A stretch of 64,000 nucleotides of DNA from an uncultured Candidatus Rokubacteria bacterium (lineage in GTDB: Bacteria > Methylomirabilota > Methylomirabilia > Rokubacteriales > DASRDR01): positions 64,001 through 128,000 of the forward strand of contig CAWGVS010000007.1 in assembly GCA_963826115.1 (NCBI GenBank). The letters run 5' to 3'. The translations under genes were made by a program, and so were the position numbers. The notes under the pieces were generated by a model. That model ran no database searches, was not told where the DNA came from, and worked only from the letters and a program-made list of their open reading frames with translations. The stretch's first letter is position 1. Each line of letters starts with the position of its first letter. Shown here piece after piece: positions 30,287-40,257 of the stretch.

Positions 30287-31327
30287 GTGAGCAAGCGCGA
30301 CTACTACGAGGTCCTCGGGGTCTCGCGAGAGGCCCCGGCGCTCGAGATCCGTCGCGCCTACCGGCGCCTCGCCCGGCGCTACTCGCCGGACGTCAACCTC
30401 TGGGACGTGCGCGCGGAGTCGCTGTTCGAGGAGATCCAGGAGGCGTACCGCGTGGTCGGGGATCCGGCCGCGCGGTCCTTCTACGACCGCCTCGGGCACC
30501 AGGCCGTCGCGCCGGGTCGGGACGCGCCCGCCGGCGGGCCGGCGCCGCGCGGCGAGGACATCCACTCCGTGATGGAGCTGGACCTGGAAGAGTCGCTGCG
30601 GGGAGTGCGGGCGGAGATCGAGGTCACGCGACTCGAGCCGTGCGAGGCCTGCCGGGCCTCGGGCGGGGCGGGCAGCCAGGCCGCGTCCCCCTGCGCGGTG
30701 TGCGAGGGCCGGCCGGTACGGGTCGGGATGCACCGGGACCGCCCGGTGACAGCCCGCTGCGCGGCGTGCGGCGGGACGGGCTGGCGGCTGCCGCCGCCCT
30801 GCCCCGCGTGCCAGGGGCGCGGCACGCGACCCCGGCCCGTCCGGATCCCGATCGCGGTCCCGCCCGGCGTGGACACGGGCGCGCAGGTGCGCGTCGTTGG
30901 CGAGGGGCACGCCGCCCCGGCCCCCGGCCGCCGCGGCGACCTGATCGTGATCACGCGGGTCCGGCCGCATCCTTTCTTCACCCGGAAGGGCGATCACCTC
31001 CACTGCGAGGTACCGCTGACGGTGCCGGAGGCGGCGCTCGGGGCGCGGATCCAGATCCCGACGCCCGAGGGTCCGGTGGTCGTGACCATCCCGGCCGGGA
31101 CCCAGGCGGGCCAGACGCTCCGCGTGCGGGGCAAGGGCTGTCCCCGCCTCGGGCGCGAGGGGCGGGGGGATCTCCTCGTGGAGACGCGGGTCCTGATCCC
31201 GCGGAACGCCGATCCCGCGCTCGAGGAGGTGCTGCAGGCCCTCCGCCGCCTCCTGCCGGAGGACCCGCGGGCGGATCTCTGGCGGGCCCAGGACCACCCG
31301 GGGGTGCGGGGCGAGGGGCGCCGGTGA
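30287..31327 (+). CDS. DnaJ-like protein with four CxxC motifs and a non-canonical J domain (SPD)
   Basis: KRDYYEVLGV, RRYSPDVN, CEAC/CAVC/CAAC/CPAC, DnaJ C-terminal domains. Confidence 0.9.
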   Translation: MSKRDYYEVLGVSREAPALEIRRAYRRLARRYSPDVNLWDVRAESLFEEIQEAYRVVGDPAARSFYDRLGHQAVAPGRDAPAGGPAPRGEDIHSVMELDLEESLRGVRAEIEVTRLEPCEACRASGGAGSQAASPCAVCEGRPVRVGMHRDRPVTARCAACGGTGWRLPPPCPACQGRGTRPRPVRIPIAVPPGVDTGAQVRVVGEGHAAPAPGRRGDLIVITRVRPHPFFTRKGDHLHCEVPLTVPEAALGARIQIPTPEGPVVVTIPAGTQAGQTLRVRGKGCPRLGREGRGDLLVETRVLIPRNADPALEEVLQALRRLLPEDPRADLWRAQDHPGVRGEGRR

Positions 31328-31710
31328 GCGAGCGGGGGCGGCCGCTCTACCGGATCAGCGTGGTGGCCGAGATGCTCGAGCTCCACCCGCAGACGCTCCG
31401 GCTCTACGAGCGGAAGGGCCTCATCCGGCCGAGCCGCACGACCGGGAGGACGCGGGTGTACTCCGCGGAGGACGTGGAGGACATCCGGCTGATCCTCCGG
31501 CTCGGGCGGGAGCTCGGAGTGAATCTCGCGGGGATCGAGATCATCTTAAAGATGCGCCGCCAGATGCAGGCGATGCAGCAGGAGCTGGAGGCGGTGGCCT
31601 CCCACGTAGGCCGCGAGCCCGGCACCCCCGTCCCGGACGGAGCGGCCGCGGCCCGCGGCGGCTTGGTCCGGGTCGCGGACCGGCAACTTCGCAAACTCGA
31701 TGTCGGCTAG
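31324..31710 (+). CDS. hspR: Heat-shock repressor HspR (MerR family)
   Basis: YRISVVAEMLELHPQTLRLYERKGLI...LGVNLAGIEIIL; GTGA overlap with the dnaJ-like gene. Confidence 0.88.
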   Translation: MSERGRPLYRISVVAEMLELHPQTLRLYERKGLIRPSRTTGRTRVYSAEDVEDIRLILRLGRELGVNLAGIEIILKMRRQMQAMQQELEAVASHVGREPGTPVPDGAAAARGGLVRVADRQLRKLDVG

Positions 31711-31723
31711 GACGGGGGCGAGA

Positions 31724-32164
31724 ATGACACGTTCGCGATCGAGCAAGCGACCCGCCGACGTGCAGGCGGAGCTGAAGGCGCTGCTCCTCCAGAAGCGCGC
31801 CGAGCTCGTGGCCAAGCTGAAGGACGAGCGCGAGGGTCGCATCGAGGCGACGGCGCGGCGCGAGAAGGTCGAGGGCATGCCGTTCGGCGACCGCCCCGCC
31901 CTGTCGCCCGACGACGAGATGGGGTTCGCGGTGGCGGACCGGCGGGCCGGCATGCTGGCCCAGGTCGACCTCGCCCTGAAGAAGATGGAAGAAGGCAGCT
32001 ACGGGCGCTGCGAGGCGTGCGAGGAGGAGATTGCGGCCGCCAGGTTGCGGGCCCATCCCTTCGCGGTGCGTTGCACGCGGTGCCAGGAAATATTTGAGCG
32101 CGATCAGTCGCGCTCGGAGGCGGGTGGGTCCCGGACTCGAGGCCTGCCCGAAGACAACGCATGA
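31724..32164 (+). CDS. DksA/TraR C4 zinc-finger protein
   Basis: [26 protein letters not shown]...CTRCQ. Confidence 0.88.
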   Translation: MTRSRSSKRPADVQAELKALLLQKRAELVAKLKDEREGRIEATARREKVEGMPFGDRPALSPDDEMGFAVADRRAGMLAQVDLALKKMEEGSYGRCEACEEEIAAARLRAHPFAVRCTRCQEIFERDQSRSEAGGSRTRGLPEDNA

Positions 32165-34617
32165 ACGAGACCGACATCCGCATCGAGACGAGCCCGGCCC
32201 CCGGCGGCGCGGTCCGCCCCGAGACCGGTAAGCCGGACGAGCTGGCCATCTTGCCGCTCCGCGAGACCGTGCTGTTCCCGCAGGCCGTGATCCCGCTCGC
32301 GGTCGCGCGGCCGTCCTCTGTCCGCGCAGTGGACGAGGCCGTCCTCGGGCACCGCCTGATCGGCGTGCTCACCCAGCACGACGCCACCCAGGAGACGCCG
32401 GCGCCACAGGATCTCCATCGCATGGGGACCGTGGCGACCATCCACCGGATGCTCAAGCAGTCCGACGGGACGATCCGCCTGGTCGTCCAGGGCCTGGAGC
32501 GGTTCCGGGTGGTGGAGTTCACCCAGACGACGCCACACCTCCGCGCCCGCATCGAGCGGGTGCCGGACCTCGCGCCGGCCGACGACGACGTGGAGGCGCA
32601 GGCGCTCGCCCGCCAGGCGCAGACGCTCTTCCAGCGCATCGTCGAGCTGTCGCCGACCCTGTCGGACGACCTCCTGCCCCTGGTCACCGGCGCGGGCGAC
32701 GCGGGCCGGGTGATCGACCTCATCGCGTCGACCCTGCCCTCCCTGACCACGGTGGAGCGGCAGACCCTCCTCGAGACGCCGGACGTCAAGGCGCGGCTCC
32801 AGGCGCTGGTCGAGTCGCTCACGAAGGAAGCCGAGGTCCTCGAGCTCGGATCGAAGATCCACTCGCAGATCCAGAGCGAGATGACGAAGACCCAGCGGGA
32901 GTACTACCTGCGCGAGCAGATGAAGGCGATCCAGAAGGAGCTGGGCGAGGGCGACGAGCGGGGCCAGGAGCTCACCGAGCTCCGCGAGAAGATCGAGGCG
33001 GCCGGCATGTCCGAGGAGGCGCACCGGGAGGCGCTCCGCGAGCTGGACCGGCTCACGAAGATGCCGCCAGCGGCCGCCGAGTACTCGGTCGCCCGAACGT
33101 ACCTCGAGTGGCTCGTGGCCCTGCCGTGGCGCAAGGAAACCCCGGACGACATCGACCTCGCCCGGGCCCGCGCGGTCCTCGACGAGGACCACTGGGGCCT
33201 CGGCAAGATCAAGGAGCGCCTGCTGGAGCACCTGGCGGTCCGCAAGATCCGGCCGGAGGGAAAGGCGCCGATCCTCTGCTTCGTGGGCCCGCCGGGCGTG
33301 GGCAAGACCTCGCTCGGCCGCTCGATCGCGCGGGCCCTCGGGCGGAAGTTCCACCGCATCGCCCTCGGTGGCATGCGGGACGAGGCCGAGATCCGCGGGC
33401 ACCGGCGGACGTACATCGGCGCCCTGCCCGGGCAGATCGTCCAGGGCCTCCGGCGCGCCGAGTCGAAGAATCCGGTGTTCATGCTGGACGAGATCGACAA
33501 GCTCGGCTTCGACTTCCGGGGCGACCCGGCGTCGGCGCTCCTCGAGGTGCTGGATCCGGAGCAGAACTCGACGTTCCGGGACCACTACCTGGACGTGCCG
33601 TTCGATCTCTCGCGGGTGCTGTTCGTCACGACCGCGAACCTGCTCGACCCGGTCCCGGCGCCGCTCCGCGACCGGATGGAGATCATCGAGCTGCCCGGCT
33701 ACACGGAGGACGAGAAGGTCGAGATCGCCCGGCGTCACCTGGCGCCGAAGCAGGCCGGCGAGCACGGTCTCGTCCTCGACCGCGACGTCGTGCTGACCGA
33801 GCCTGCGCTCCGGCTCATCGCGCGGAGCTACACGCGCGAGGCGGGCGTGCGGAGCCTCGAGCGTGAGATCGCGGCCATCTGCCGGAAGATCGCGCGTCGC
33901 CGGGCCGAGGGCGACCTCGAACCCGTCACCGTGGACCCCGCGCGGGTGACCGCGCTCCTCGGATCGCCGCGCTTCCTCATCGAGGAGGAGGTCGCCGAGC
34001 GGACGCGCACCGCCGGCGTGGCGGTGGGGCTTGCGTGGACGCCAACCGGCGGCGACGTGTTGTTCGTCGAGGCCTCGCGGATGACGGGGGGCAAGTCGCT
34101 CACCCTCACCGGGCAGCTCGGCGACGTCATGAAGGAGTCCGCCCAGGCGGCGGTCTCGTGGGTCCGTGCCCACGCGGCGGAGCTCGGCATCGCGCCCGAC
34201 TTCTGGATGCGCTCCGACCTCCACCTGCACGTCCCGGCCGGCGCCATCCCGAAGGACGGCCCCTCGGCGGGCGTGACCATGGCAACCGCCCTGGTCTCGC
34301 TCCTCCGGCGTCAGCCGATCCGGCCCGGGCTCGCGATGACGGGCGAGATCACGCTCTCCGGCCGGGTGCTGCCGGTCGGCGGCATCAAGGAGAAGGTCCT
34401 GGCCGCCCACCGAATGGGCCTGACCGCGGTGATCCTGCCCCATCAGAACGAGCGGCAGCTCCTCGAGGACGTCCCGGCGGACGTCCGGGCCCAGCTGGAG
34501 ATCCACCTGGTGCGCAGCGTGGCCGAGGTCTTGCATTTTGCTCTGCCCGATGCGTCGCACTGGAACCCGCTGGACGGGGAGCTGGAGCTCGAGCTGGCCG
34601 GGAAAGGTTCGCTCTGA
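32161..34617 (+). CDS. lon: ATP-dependent Lon protease
   Basis: [34 protein letters not shown]. Confidence 0.97.
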   Translation: MNETDIRIETSPAPGGAVRPETGKPDELAILPLRETVLFPQAVIPLAVARPSSVRAVDEAVLGHRLIGVLTQHDATQETPAPQDLHRMGTVATIHRMLKQSDGTIRLVVQGLERFRVVEFTQTTPHLRARIERVPDLAPADDDVEAQALARQAQTLFQRIVELSPTLSDDLLPLVTGAGDAGRVIDLIASTLPSLTTVERQTLLETPDVKARLQALVESLTKEAEVLELGSKIHSQIQSEMTKTQREYYLREQMKAIQKELGEGDERGQELTELREKIEAAGMSEEAHREALRELDRLTKMPPAAAEYSVARTYLEWLVALPWRKETPDDIDLARARAVLDEDHWGLGKIKERLLEHLAVRKIRPEGKAPILCFVGPPGVGKTSLGRSIARALGRKFHRIALGGMRDEAEIRGHRRTYIGALPGQIVQGLRRAESKNPVFMLDEIDKLGFDFRGDPASALLEVLDPEQNSTFRDHYLDVPFDLSRVLFVTTANLLDPVPAPLRDRMEIIELPGYTEDEKVEIARRHLAPKQAGEHGLVLDRDVVLTEPALRLIARSYTREAGVRSLEREIAAICRKIARRRAEGDLEPVTVDPARVTALLGSPRFLIEEEVAERTRTAGVAVGLAWTPTGGDVLFVEASRMTGGKSLTLTGQLGDVMKESAQAAVSWVRAHAAELGIAPDFWMRSDLHLHVPAGAIPKDGPSAGVTMATALVSLLRRQPIRPGLAMTGEITLSGRVLPVGGIKEKVLAAHRMGLTAVILPHQNERQLLEDVPADVRAQLEIHLVRSVAEVLHFALPDASHWNPLDGELELELAGKGSL

Positions 34618-34636
34618 CGGCAAGATAGCAGTCAGA

Positions 34637-34665
34637 TTGACAGGCCTAGAGGGGCTCCGTAGACT
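34637..34665 (+). promoter_or_regulatory. Sigma70-type promoter of the lytic transglycosylase gene
   Basis: TTGACA-N17-TAGACT. Confidence 0.65.
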
Positions 34666-34684
34666 GGCCTCCGGTTACCCAAGC

Positions 34685-35413
34685 ATGGGGCGAATCCTGC
34701 CAGTTTGCGCCAGCCTCCTCGGCCTGGTCGTCACGGCCACCCCCGCCCTCGCCGGCTCCATGTACCGGTTCGAGGACGAGCAGGGGGTGGTCCACTACAC
34801 CAACGTCCCGGGTGACCCCCGCTACGCGTTCGTTCGCAAGGAGGCCGAGCCGCCCACCCCCAAGCCCGCCGCCGAGGTGAGCGGGGGGCTCTCGCAGGGT
34901 CTCCGCACCTACGCCCACGTGATCCGCGCCGCCGCCGAGCGCTACGGCGTGGAGACGCGACTCGTCGAGGCGATCGTACAGGCGGAGTCGGCCGGCAACC
35001 CGACCGCGGTCTCCCCGAAGGGCGCACGCGGGCTGATGCAGCTCATGCCCGAGCGCGCCGCGCTCCTGGGCGTGCGGAACTCCTTCGACCCGCACCAGAA
35101 CGTGGACGGCGGGGTCCGGCACATCCGCGACCTGCTTCAGAACTTCGGCGGGGACGTGACGCTGGCCGTCGCGGCCTACAACGCCGGCGAGGGCGCGGTG
35201 CGGAGCTACGGCGGCGTGCCGCCGTTCGCCGAGACGCGCGAGTACGTCCGGCGCGTGCGCGCCCTCTACGACGGCGGCAGCGCGCTCGCGTCGAAGGCCG
35301 TGGCCCTCGTCACCGCGCCCCAGCGCGTCTACCGCGAGGTGGCCGAGGACGGCACGCTCACCTTCACGAACGTGCCGCCCCGGAGCCCGGCGCCCGGCGC
35401 CGGCCGCTTCTAG
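34685..35413 (+). CDS. Secreted lytic transglycosylase (SLT) with a DUF4124-like N-terminus
   Basis: Signal peptide; YRFEDEQGVVHYTN; AESAGN, GLMQLMP, AAYNAG. Confidence 0.92.
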   Translation: MGRILPVCASLLGLVVTATPALAGSMYRFEDEQGVVHYTNVPGDPRYAFVRKEAEPPTPKPAAEVSGGLSQGLRTYAHVIRAAAERYGVETRLVEAIVQAESAGNPTAVSPKGARGLMQLMPERAALLGVRNSFDPHQNVDGGVRHIRDLLQNFGGDVTLAVAAYNAGEGAVRSYGGVPPFAETREYVRRVRALYDGGSALASKAVALVTAPQRVYREVAEDGTLTFTNVPPRSPAPGAGRF

Positions 35414-35439
35414 CCCGCCGGCGTCTCGATCCGCCTTCG

Positions 35440-35460
35440 CGTCCGCGGCGCCCGCGGACG
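35440..35460. terminator. Hairpin between convergent genes
   Basis: CGTCCGCGG-CGC-CCGCGGACG perfect 9-bp stem; no U-tract. Confidence 0.4.
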
Positions 35461-35467
35461 GCCTCCG

Positions 35468-35974
35468 CTACCCGAACGCCTGACCGTAACGCTCCCGGTG
35501 GGCGACCGCCTGGAGGGGCTTCCGGTCCTTCCTCCCCTTCCCGACCGCACCGGCGGGATAGCCGAGTGGCAGGATGGCCAGGACGTCGAGCTTGGTTGGG
35601 ATAGCGAGGAGCGCCCTGACCTCGTCCAGCCCGCCGAACCCGACCCAGTTGGAGCCCACCCCGTCCGCCCAGGCGGCAAGCAGCATCGACTGGATCGCCC
35701 GGCTCGCGTCCGAAACGGCGAACGGGGTCTTGTCCACGGCGACGACGACCGCGGCCGCCGCCTGCGCGACGTGCCCGCCGGTCCGGGCGAGGGCGCCGAG
35801 CTTCTGGAGCGTCGCGCGGTCCTGGACCACGACGAAGTGCCACGGCTGGAGGTTCTTGGCGCTCCCGGTCAGGCGCCCGGCCTCGACCACGCGCCGGAGG
35901 GTCGCCTCCGGGACGGGCTTGTCCTGGTAGCGCCGGATCGCCAGCACCGTGCGGATCGCCTCGAACGTGTCCAT
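35468..35974 (-). CDS. Nitroreductase family protein
   Basis: IRRYQDKPV, SAKNLQPWHFVVV, GVGSNW, LPLGYP. Confidence 0.9.
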   Translation of the reverse strand: MDTFEAIRTVLAIRRYQDKPVPEATLRRVVEAGRLTGSAKNLQPWHFVVVQDRATLQKLGALARTGGHVAQAAAAVVVAVDKTPFAVSDASRAIQSMLLAAWADGVGSNWVGFGGLDEVRALLAIPTKLDVLAILPLGYPAGAVGKGRKDRKPLQAVAHRERYGQAFG

Positions 35975-36501
35975 CAGGCTCCTTTTGGCGCCTCGCGCCC
36001 TGGTACGTCCCGGACCATCTCGAGCACCGTCTCGGTGGGAGTGTGTTCGAGCGGCTCCCGCCCGCCGGTCGGTCTGAACCCACAGCGATGGTACAGGCGA
36101 ATGGCCTCGTGGTTCGTGGAGGTCACTCCGAGATACAGGTGCGCGGCACCCCGCCCGCGGGCCCAATCGGTCACCGCGCCCACGAGCGCTGCCCCGATGC
36201 CCTGCCCCCGGGCCGCGGGCTCGACGAACATGCCCACGAGCGCGAAGCGGGACCCCATCGTCTCGTCCACCATGCCGGTGACGAGACCGACCCAGCAATC
36301 CCTGTCCTCGGCGACGAACGTGACGCGATCCACGCCCGCAGCGCCGTGTCGCGCGCGCTCGTGCCAGACCGCGTCATCGAACGCCTGCTCTCGCGCGAGC
36401 GTCGAGCCGTATGCCAGCGGCGTGTCGGCCAGGGCCTGGAGGCGCAGCGCGCGCACGCGCAGGCCCTCGTCTGGCCGGACCCGGCGGATCCGGACGCTCA
36501 T
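35974..36501 (-). CDS. GNAT acetyltransferase
   Basis: MFVEPAARGQGIG, NHEAIRLYHRCGF. Confidence 0.9.
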   Translation of the reverse strand: MSVRIRRVRPDEGLRVRALRLQALADTPLAYGSTLAREQAFDDAVWHERARHGAAGVDRVTFVAEDRDCWVGLVTGMVDETMGSRFALVGMFVEPAARGQGIGAALVGAVTDWARGRGAAHLYLGVTSTNHEAIRLYHRCGFRPTGGREPLEHTPTETVLEMVRDVPGREAPKGA

Positions 36502-36911
36502 CCCCGCCGCGGCCGCCGGCGCTCCCGGAGGTACTTGCGCCAGGGCTGCCAGTAGTACGTCTTCCACCCGTCGGTCACGCCGCGGGCGTCGCGGTCCGCC
36601 ACGTTGACGTGGACCAGCCGGATGCGCCCCGACCGGCCGCGGGGCTCGAAGCTGAGGACCAGGATCGAGTCGGGGTCCCGCAGGCCGAACCCGGTCGAAC
36701 GCCAGGTCTGGACGATCATGCGTCCGGGCTCCGTGTGGAGCATCCGTCCCGAGAGGGCCCCGTTGAATGCGCGGAAGGGCGCGCCGGGCCTCGCGCCGAT
36801 CCTCACCGGTGCGCCCGTGATCGCCGCGTGGCGCTTCGGATCGAGGTACATCCGGTAGAGCTCCCCGGCCGGCGCCGGGAGCGTCACGCGCTGCTGGATC
36901 GTCTTCGGCAT
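36498..36911 (-). CDS. SRPBCC/AHSA1-like protein
   Basis: IVQTWRS, LVHVNV, GWKTYYWQPW. Confidence 0.85.
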   Translation of the reverse strand: MPKTIQQRVTLPAPAGELYRMYLDPKRHAAITGAPVRIGARPGAPFRAFNGALSGRMLHTEPGRMIVQTWRSTGFGLRDPDSILVLSFEPRGRSGRIRLVHVNVADRDARGVTDGWKTYYWQPWRKYLRERRRPRRG

Positions 36912-36929
36912 GGTCGCCGCCCTCCGGGG

Positions 36930-37547
36930 TCAGTTCGGCTCGAGCGTGACGACGCTCGCGCGCGGGTCGATCGTCACAGAGAAGAGCGCGAGGAAGTCCC
37001 GTCCGAGCAGCCCGTCCGCCTGCGGGATGCCCGCATCGTGGGCGACGATGGCCAGGGGGCCCGCGCGCGCGTTGCCCACCTCGACCGAGTCCACCCAGAA
37101 CACCTCCGCGCGCGTCACGCCGGTCACGCCCCTGATCTCCGCTTCCTGCGTCTGGGTTGGGTAGACGCCGAGGCGGGCCAACGCCGCCGGTGCCACCATG
37201 GTCCGGTCAGCCCCCGTGTCCAGGACCAGCGTGACGGGGCCCGCGCCGTTGATCCGAGCGGCGACGACGATCGGCGAGCCCGCGACGAACGGGATGGTGG
37301 TCGAGCCGGACCGCGCCGGCGGCGGCGCAGGTGGTGCCGCGTCGACGGGAGACGTCGCCAGGGCGCGCGCCGCGGCCCGGTAGCGCTCCGGCACGCTCTC
37401 AATACCGGTCGTGTAGTGGACGACACCCTGCTCGTCCACCCAGTGGTAGACCTGCGCCCTCGCGTCCGTGGCGAGGGCGCAGGCCAGGAACACGACGAGG
37501 GTGATCGAGGATCGGGACGAGCGACGACGGCGCCAGCGCCGACTCAC
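36930..37547 (-). CDS. Secreted retropepsin-like aspartyl protease with a DUF4124-like domain
   Basis: YHWVDEQGVVHYT; LVLDTGADRT; GLLGRDFL. Confidence 0.88.
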   Translation of the reverse strand: MSRRWRRRRSSRSSITLVVFLACALATDARAQVYHWVDEQGVVHYTTGIESVPERYRAAARALATSPVDAAPPAPPPARSGSTTIPFVAGSPIVVAARINGAGPVTLVLDTGADRTMVAPAALARLGVYPTQTQEAEIRGVTGVTRAEVFWVDSVEVGNARAGPLAIVAHDAGIPQADGLLGRDFLALFSVTIDPRASVVTLEPN

Positions 37548-37611
37548 CGCCGTGTGCTCCTCACCACTCGCACCCCGGGTCGCCCGATGTGCCCAGACGG
37601 GGCAGCCGGCC

Positions 37612-38037
37612 CTAGGGGGAGCTCTCCTCGGGATACTCGACGGAGTGGAGACGCACGTCGAACCGCTGTTCGGTGCCGCGCGGCCGCAGCGGGATGCTGA
37701 ACGACTCGAGATCCGAGGCGGACCTCCAGTGGACCCGGACCGGCGCCGTGAAGCTCACGACGGCGCCGGTCACGTCGAATCCGAGAAGCTGCACCCAGGC
37801 GCTCCCGAGGAGGTGCTGGCGGCGCTCGACGAGCCCGGTGGCGACGACGAGCCGAGGGTCCAGGCTGAGCTGCCAGTGGAACTCCACCGGGGGGGCCGAC
37901 GTGTGGAACGGGAAGTCCGCCGGCCGCGGGCCCGGCGTGGCCGCGCAGCTCGCCGCGAGGAGACCGATGACGAGGAGCGCCGCCGCCCGGCCCCGGACCC
38001 CACGCCATCGCGCGCCAACGTTCGCCTCCGTCACCAC
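37612..38037 (-). CDS. Hypothetical lipoprotein
   Basis: Lipobox-like LLAASC after a hydrophobic stretch. Confidence 0.65.
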   Translation of the reverse strand: MVTEANVGARWRGVRGRAAALLVIGLLAASCAATPGPRPADFPFHTSAPPVEFHWQLSLDPRLVVATGLVERRQHLLGSAWVQLLGFDVTGAVVSFTAPVRVHWRSASDLESFSIPLRPRGTEQRFDVRLHSVEYPEESSP

Positions 38038-38128
38038 CTGCCGCCCGCGACTCTCACGGTCTCACCGCGGTGCGCGCCGCACAAGAGCGCGCTCCTCGAC
38101 GGCTCGCGCCGCGGCGGCGGCCGGGGTC

Positions 38129-39172
38129 TCAGGCGAAGCGCGGCAGGTGGCGGCGGACGAACTGGCCGATGACGCGACGATCGAGCGAGAGGAGGAAGTT
38201 CTGCTCGACCAGACAGGGCGAGTAGCACGCCACGCACCCGTGGCCATGGAGGCGACGCCAGGCGGTCTCGACCCCGTCGGCGACGACGCTCCCCCCCGTG
38301 ATCCGGCCGGCGGTGGCCACGCAGGGATAGGCGGTGCCGTCCGGGTCGATCGACAGGTAGAAGCGCCCGGCCTGGCACTGCGGGCCGTCGCGCCGGCGCG
38401 GGTCGTCAGCGGGTAGCTCGTGCGCCTCGAACCGGTCGCGCGCGTAGTCGCCCCAGCGCATCGCGTAGCGGTACGTGACCTCGGAGAACAGGACGCGCGG
38501 GTTCCGGCGGGCGAGGATCGCGAGGCGGTCGAGGAGCTCGCGGATGGCCTCGTCCTCGGCCTTGAGCGTGGCCGCCTGGTGCCAGAGGTCCGACGCGCCG
38601 CTCCGCATCACGTTCACCGTGACGTGGAGGTCGCGAGCCTCGCAGAACGCCAGCAGCGCGTCGAGGTGCGGCGCCGTCCGGGCCGACATGACCGCGTTCA
38701 GCTTGACGGGGATCCCCGTCGCCCGGGCGGCGGCGAGGGCCCGCTGCACGGCGGCGAACACGCCGGCGCCCCGCTGCGCGTCGTTGGCAGGCCCGGGCGC
38801 GTCGAGGCTCAGGACCAGCGTGTCGAGGCCCCGGATGTCGTCGATCCGCCGGGGGACCATCAGGCCGTTCGAGGTGAGGACGCACGCCATGCCACGCGCG
38901 CGCACGTGGTCGATGATCTCCCCGACGTCGGGCCGGAGGAGGGGCTCGCCGCCGAGGATCCCGACCCGGCGGCAGCCCAGGTCGGCCAGCTGGTCGACCA
39001 CCCCCAGCCACTCGGCGGTGGTCAGCTCCGGCGTGTTCCGGTACGGCGAGCTGCAGTAGAGGCACCGGAGATTGCACCGGTGGGTCAGGTAGAGGCCCGC
39101 CGACAGGAGGGTCGGCGTCCCCCGCCAGTGGGCGGCGAGCACGCGGGCCGCGGTGGTCAGGGTGGTGGTCAC
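38129..39172 (-). CDS. Radical SAM protein with a SPASM/twitch-like C-terminus
   Basis: CNLRCLYC, GGEPLL, CQAG..DGTAYPC, CVACYSPC. Confidence 0.9.
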   Translation of the reverse strand: MTTTLTTAARVLAAHWRGTPTLLSAGLYLTHRCNLRCLYCSSPYRNTPELTTAEWLGVVDQLADLGCRRVGILGGEPLLRPDVGEIIDHVRARGMACVLTSNGLMVPRRIDDIRGLDTLVLSLDAPGPANDAQRGAGVFAAVQRALAAARATGIPVKLNAVMSARTAPHLDALLAFCEARDLHVTVNVMRSGASDLWHQAATLKAEDEAIRELLDRLAILARRNPRVLFSEVTYRYAMRWGDYARDRFEAHELPADDPRRRDGPQCQAGRFYLSIDPDGTAYPCVATAGRITGGSVVADGVETAWRRLHGHGCVACYSPCLVEQNFLLSLDRRVIGQFVRRHLPRFA

Positions 39173-40257
39173 CGCCCCGCCTGCTCCGGGCGCCGCGCGG
39201 CCTCGCCGCCCGACGGCAGCTCGGCCGACGCCGCCACCGGGCGGCGGGCGAGGTAGCCGCGCCAGAAGTTCGCGAGGACGGCCGGCCGGAGGTCGAAGAT
39301 CGCCCGGTTCTCGTTGAGCCACGTGTTGTAGCAATCGAAACAGGAGTGGTGCTGGGCGTGGCGCCACGCGGTCTCCACGCCGTCGCGGAGCGCGTTCTTC
39401 GGCTTGAAGGTGCCGACGTGGAGGACGCACGGGTAGATGTCGCCGTTCGGCTCCATCTGGAGGAAGTAGCGGCCCGCCGTGCACGGGGAGACCTCGCCCG
39501 GCCGCTCGACCCGCTCGAGCCGGAAGTCGTCCCAGGCAAGCGTGTGGCGGTAGGAGCGCGTGGTGAAGAGCACGGGCTCCCCCGCCTCCTTGGCCGCGAT
39601 GATCTTGGCGAGGATCGCGCGGATCTCGGGGTCCGACGGCAGGTGCGTCGCGGCGCCGGCCCCGTACATCTCCTCGTTGGACTGGAGGATCTGGAAGTTC
39701 ACGGACACGCCGAAGCGCCGAGCGGTGGCGAGGAGCCAGTCGATCTCCCCCGCGCTCTCGCGCGTGATGACGGCGCTCAAGAAGAAATCGAGGCCCTCGC
39801 GGGCGCTGACCTCGATGGCTCGCATCACCCGGCGCCACGACCCCGCGCCACGCTGCCCGTCGTGCGCTGCCTCGCGCCCGTCGATGGAGATCACGAGCTC
39901 GTCGAGCCGGCGCACGGTGTCGATCTTCTGGGGGATGAGGAAGCCGTTGGTCACCATCGCCGCCCGCATCCCCAGACGCCGGACCTCCTCGACCAGCTCG
40001 CCGATGTCCGGGCGCAGGAGCGGCTCGCCGCCGAGGAACTTGACGCGCACCGTCCCCAGCCCGGCGAACTCGGCGAGGAGCGTCCGGTGCTCGGCGGTGG
40101 TGAGCTGCGGGTCCTCGCGGTTGGGCGAGTTGCAGTAGACGCAGCGCGCGTTGCACCCGTTCAGGAGCGAGTACTGGACGAAGAAGGGCCGCGCCCCGCC
40201 GGTGAGTCGCGCGGCGAGGATCTGCGCGCCGATCCCGAGCTTCTGGCCGGGTGTCAC
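39169..40257 (-). CDS. Radical SAM protein with a SPASM/twitch-like C-terminus (paralog)
   Basis: CNARCVYC, GGEPLL, CTAG..NGDIYPC, CFDC. Confidence 0.9.
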   Translation of the reverse strand: MTPGQKLGIGAQILAARLTGGARPFFVQYSLLNGCNARCVYCNSPNREDPQLTTAEHRTLLAEFAGLGTVRVKFLGGEPLLRPDIGELVEEVRRLGMRAAMVTNGFLIPQKIDTVRRLDELVISIDGREAAHDGQRGAGSWRRVMRAIEVSAREGLDFFLSAVITRESAGEIDWLLATARRFGVSVNFQILQSNEEMYGAGAATHLPSDPEIRAILAKIIAAKEAGEPVLFTTRSYRHTLAWDDFRLERVERPGEVSPCTAGRYFLQMEPNGDIYPCVLHVGTFKPKNALRDGVETAWRHAQHHSCFDCYNTWLNENRAIFDLRPAVLANFWRGYLARRPVAASAELPSGGEAARRPEQAGR

